Positions 18,253 to 18,927 of a stretch of 18,927 nucleotides of DNA are shown one piece after another (positions within the stretch are counted from its first letter, which is position 1; every line of letters begins with the position of its first letter). A program made the translations under genes and the position numbers. Source of the DNA: Methanothrix sp. (lineage in GTDB: Archaea; Halobacteriota; Methanosarcinia; Methanotrichales; Methanotrichaceae); NCBI GenBank assembly GCA_037128175.1, contig JBAXWY010000052.1:1-18927 (forward strand), written 5' to 3'. The notes below the pieces were generated by a model that searched no databases, was not told the origin of the DNA, and saw only the letters and a program-made list of their open reading frames with translations.

Positions 18253-18265
18253 GCAAGGTATATTT
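18253..18265 (+). promoter_or_regulatory. Putative BRE/TATA for a leaderless hicB transcript
   Basis: GCAAGG TATATTT ends 26 nt before the ATG at 18292, and no SD is present. Confidence 0.5.
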
Positions 18266-18291
18266 CCATTACCGCTCTATAGAAGCACTAC

Positions 18292-18573
18292 ATGTTCGCC
18301 GAGTATATTGAGGCGGCTCTGGAAAGGGCAGTTTACAAAACCATCGAAGATGAGGATCCTATCTTCGTTTCAGTACCCGAGCTTCAAGGGGCCTGGGCTA
18401 CGGGCAAAACTGTTGAAGAAGCCCGCAAAGAGCTTATCTCGGTTATTGAAGGCTGGATCGCTCTTAGGCTTCGCATGGGACGGTCCATACCATCCTTCGA
18501 GAAGGCGAGATCTCTCGTGATGAGTGGCTCTTCGCAGATTAGCTATCCTCTTTTTCTCTGCACCATAAATTAA
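18292..18573 (+). CDS. hicB: HicB-family antitoxin (UPF0150-like), orphan
   Basis: EYIEAAL...VPELQGAWATGKTVEEARKELISVIEGW...GRSIP, the HicB partial RNase H fold. Confidence 0.88.
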   Translation: MFAEYIEAALERAVYKTIEDEDPIFVSVPELQGAWATGKTVEEARKELISVIEGWIALRLRMGRSIPSFEKARSLVMSGSSQISYPLFLCTIN

Positions 18574-18653
18574 GACCTGAACGATATGCAGGCAGACGGC
18601 GACACGAAACGGGACGACGGCACACAGGCAGCGAACGGAAAGCCATCCGGGAT

Positions 18654-18871
18654 CAGCACCATCTCTGCCGCATTGGCGACGGGCTGCCGGGCGCTGCTTC
18701 CGGTAGCCCGCAAGGATCGGCAAGCCGAAGAATGGTCCTAAACCATCGTTAATTGGTCGTCTCTGTGCGTCCTTTGTGCGCTCTGTGCCTCTGTGGTGAG
18801 ATCGTTAGTTGTTCGGTTATAATATCTGCTAATAGTATCAGCCAATTGTCGCTTTCCAAAATCTCGCGCCC
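18654..18871. repeat. Non-coding direct repeat, copy 2 (lacks the left inverted arm and inner hairpin)
   Basis: Same blocks as copy 1. The spacer between blocks A and B is 36 nt instead of 130 nt. Confidence 0.88.
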
Positions 18872-18927
18872 GGAGTGAAACGGCGGCGGCGCACCCGCGC
18901 AGCAAGCTGCGGGGCATCCGAGGCGCC

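Noticed and set aside
17638-18290. RNase P RNA or SRP RNA in the GC-rich region upstream of the rpl15e operon
   Set aside because: No GAGGAAxxTCC-type RNase P P4 motif or SRP helix-8 motif was found on either strand by eye.
17638-18723. ORFs 17638-17829, 17901-18269, 18038-18520 and 18370-18723
   Set aside because: They have low-complexity R/G/A composition and cross the repeats or hicB. The repeat copies differ by 1-nt indels, which argues against coding constraint.
17790-18871. CRISPR array
   Set aside because: There are only two long, diverged copies about 0.8 kb apart, with no short repeat-spacer periodicity and no cas genes.

Overview
Archaeal chromosomal window, most likely a Methanothrix (Methanosaeta)-like methanogen; the taxonomy is inferred from protein style and gene order. 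It has four zones. (1) 1-8378, minus strand: a cell-envelope cluster. It is led by a giant secreted protein of at least 1933 aa that runs off the left edge and is missing from the ORF track. This protein has about 14 Ig-like DUF11-type domains, with Cys-rich modules alternating with Lys/Asp/Asn isopeptide-type modules. The cluster also has a small DUF11 protein with a two-copy N/Q-rich C-terminal repeat and two exported hypothetical proteins. (2) 8499-9665: a ClpP-class SDH protease, a CooT-family protein and tRNA-Arg(UCU). (3) 9677-17622, minus strand: the conserved euryarchaeal exosome/proteasome/RNase P superoperon (rpl15e to pfdB, including an rpoP missed by the track), an eL15-type leader hairpin and an upstream metallophosphoesterase. 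(4) 17700-18927: an accessory zone where two diverged copies of a non-coding repeat (about 83% identical in two hand-aligned blocks, with CTCTGYG sub-repeats and inverted arms) bracket an orphan hicB antitoxin gene. The best candidates for something undescribed are the repeat-bounded hicB cassette and the architecture of the DUF11 surface proteins.
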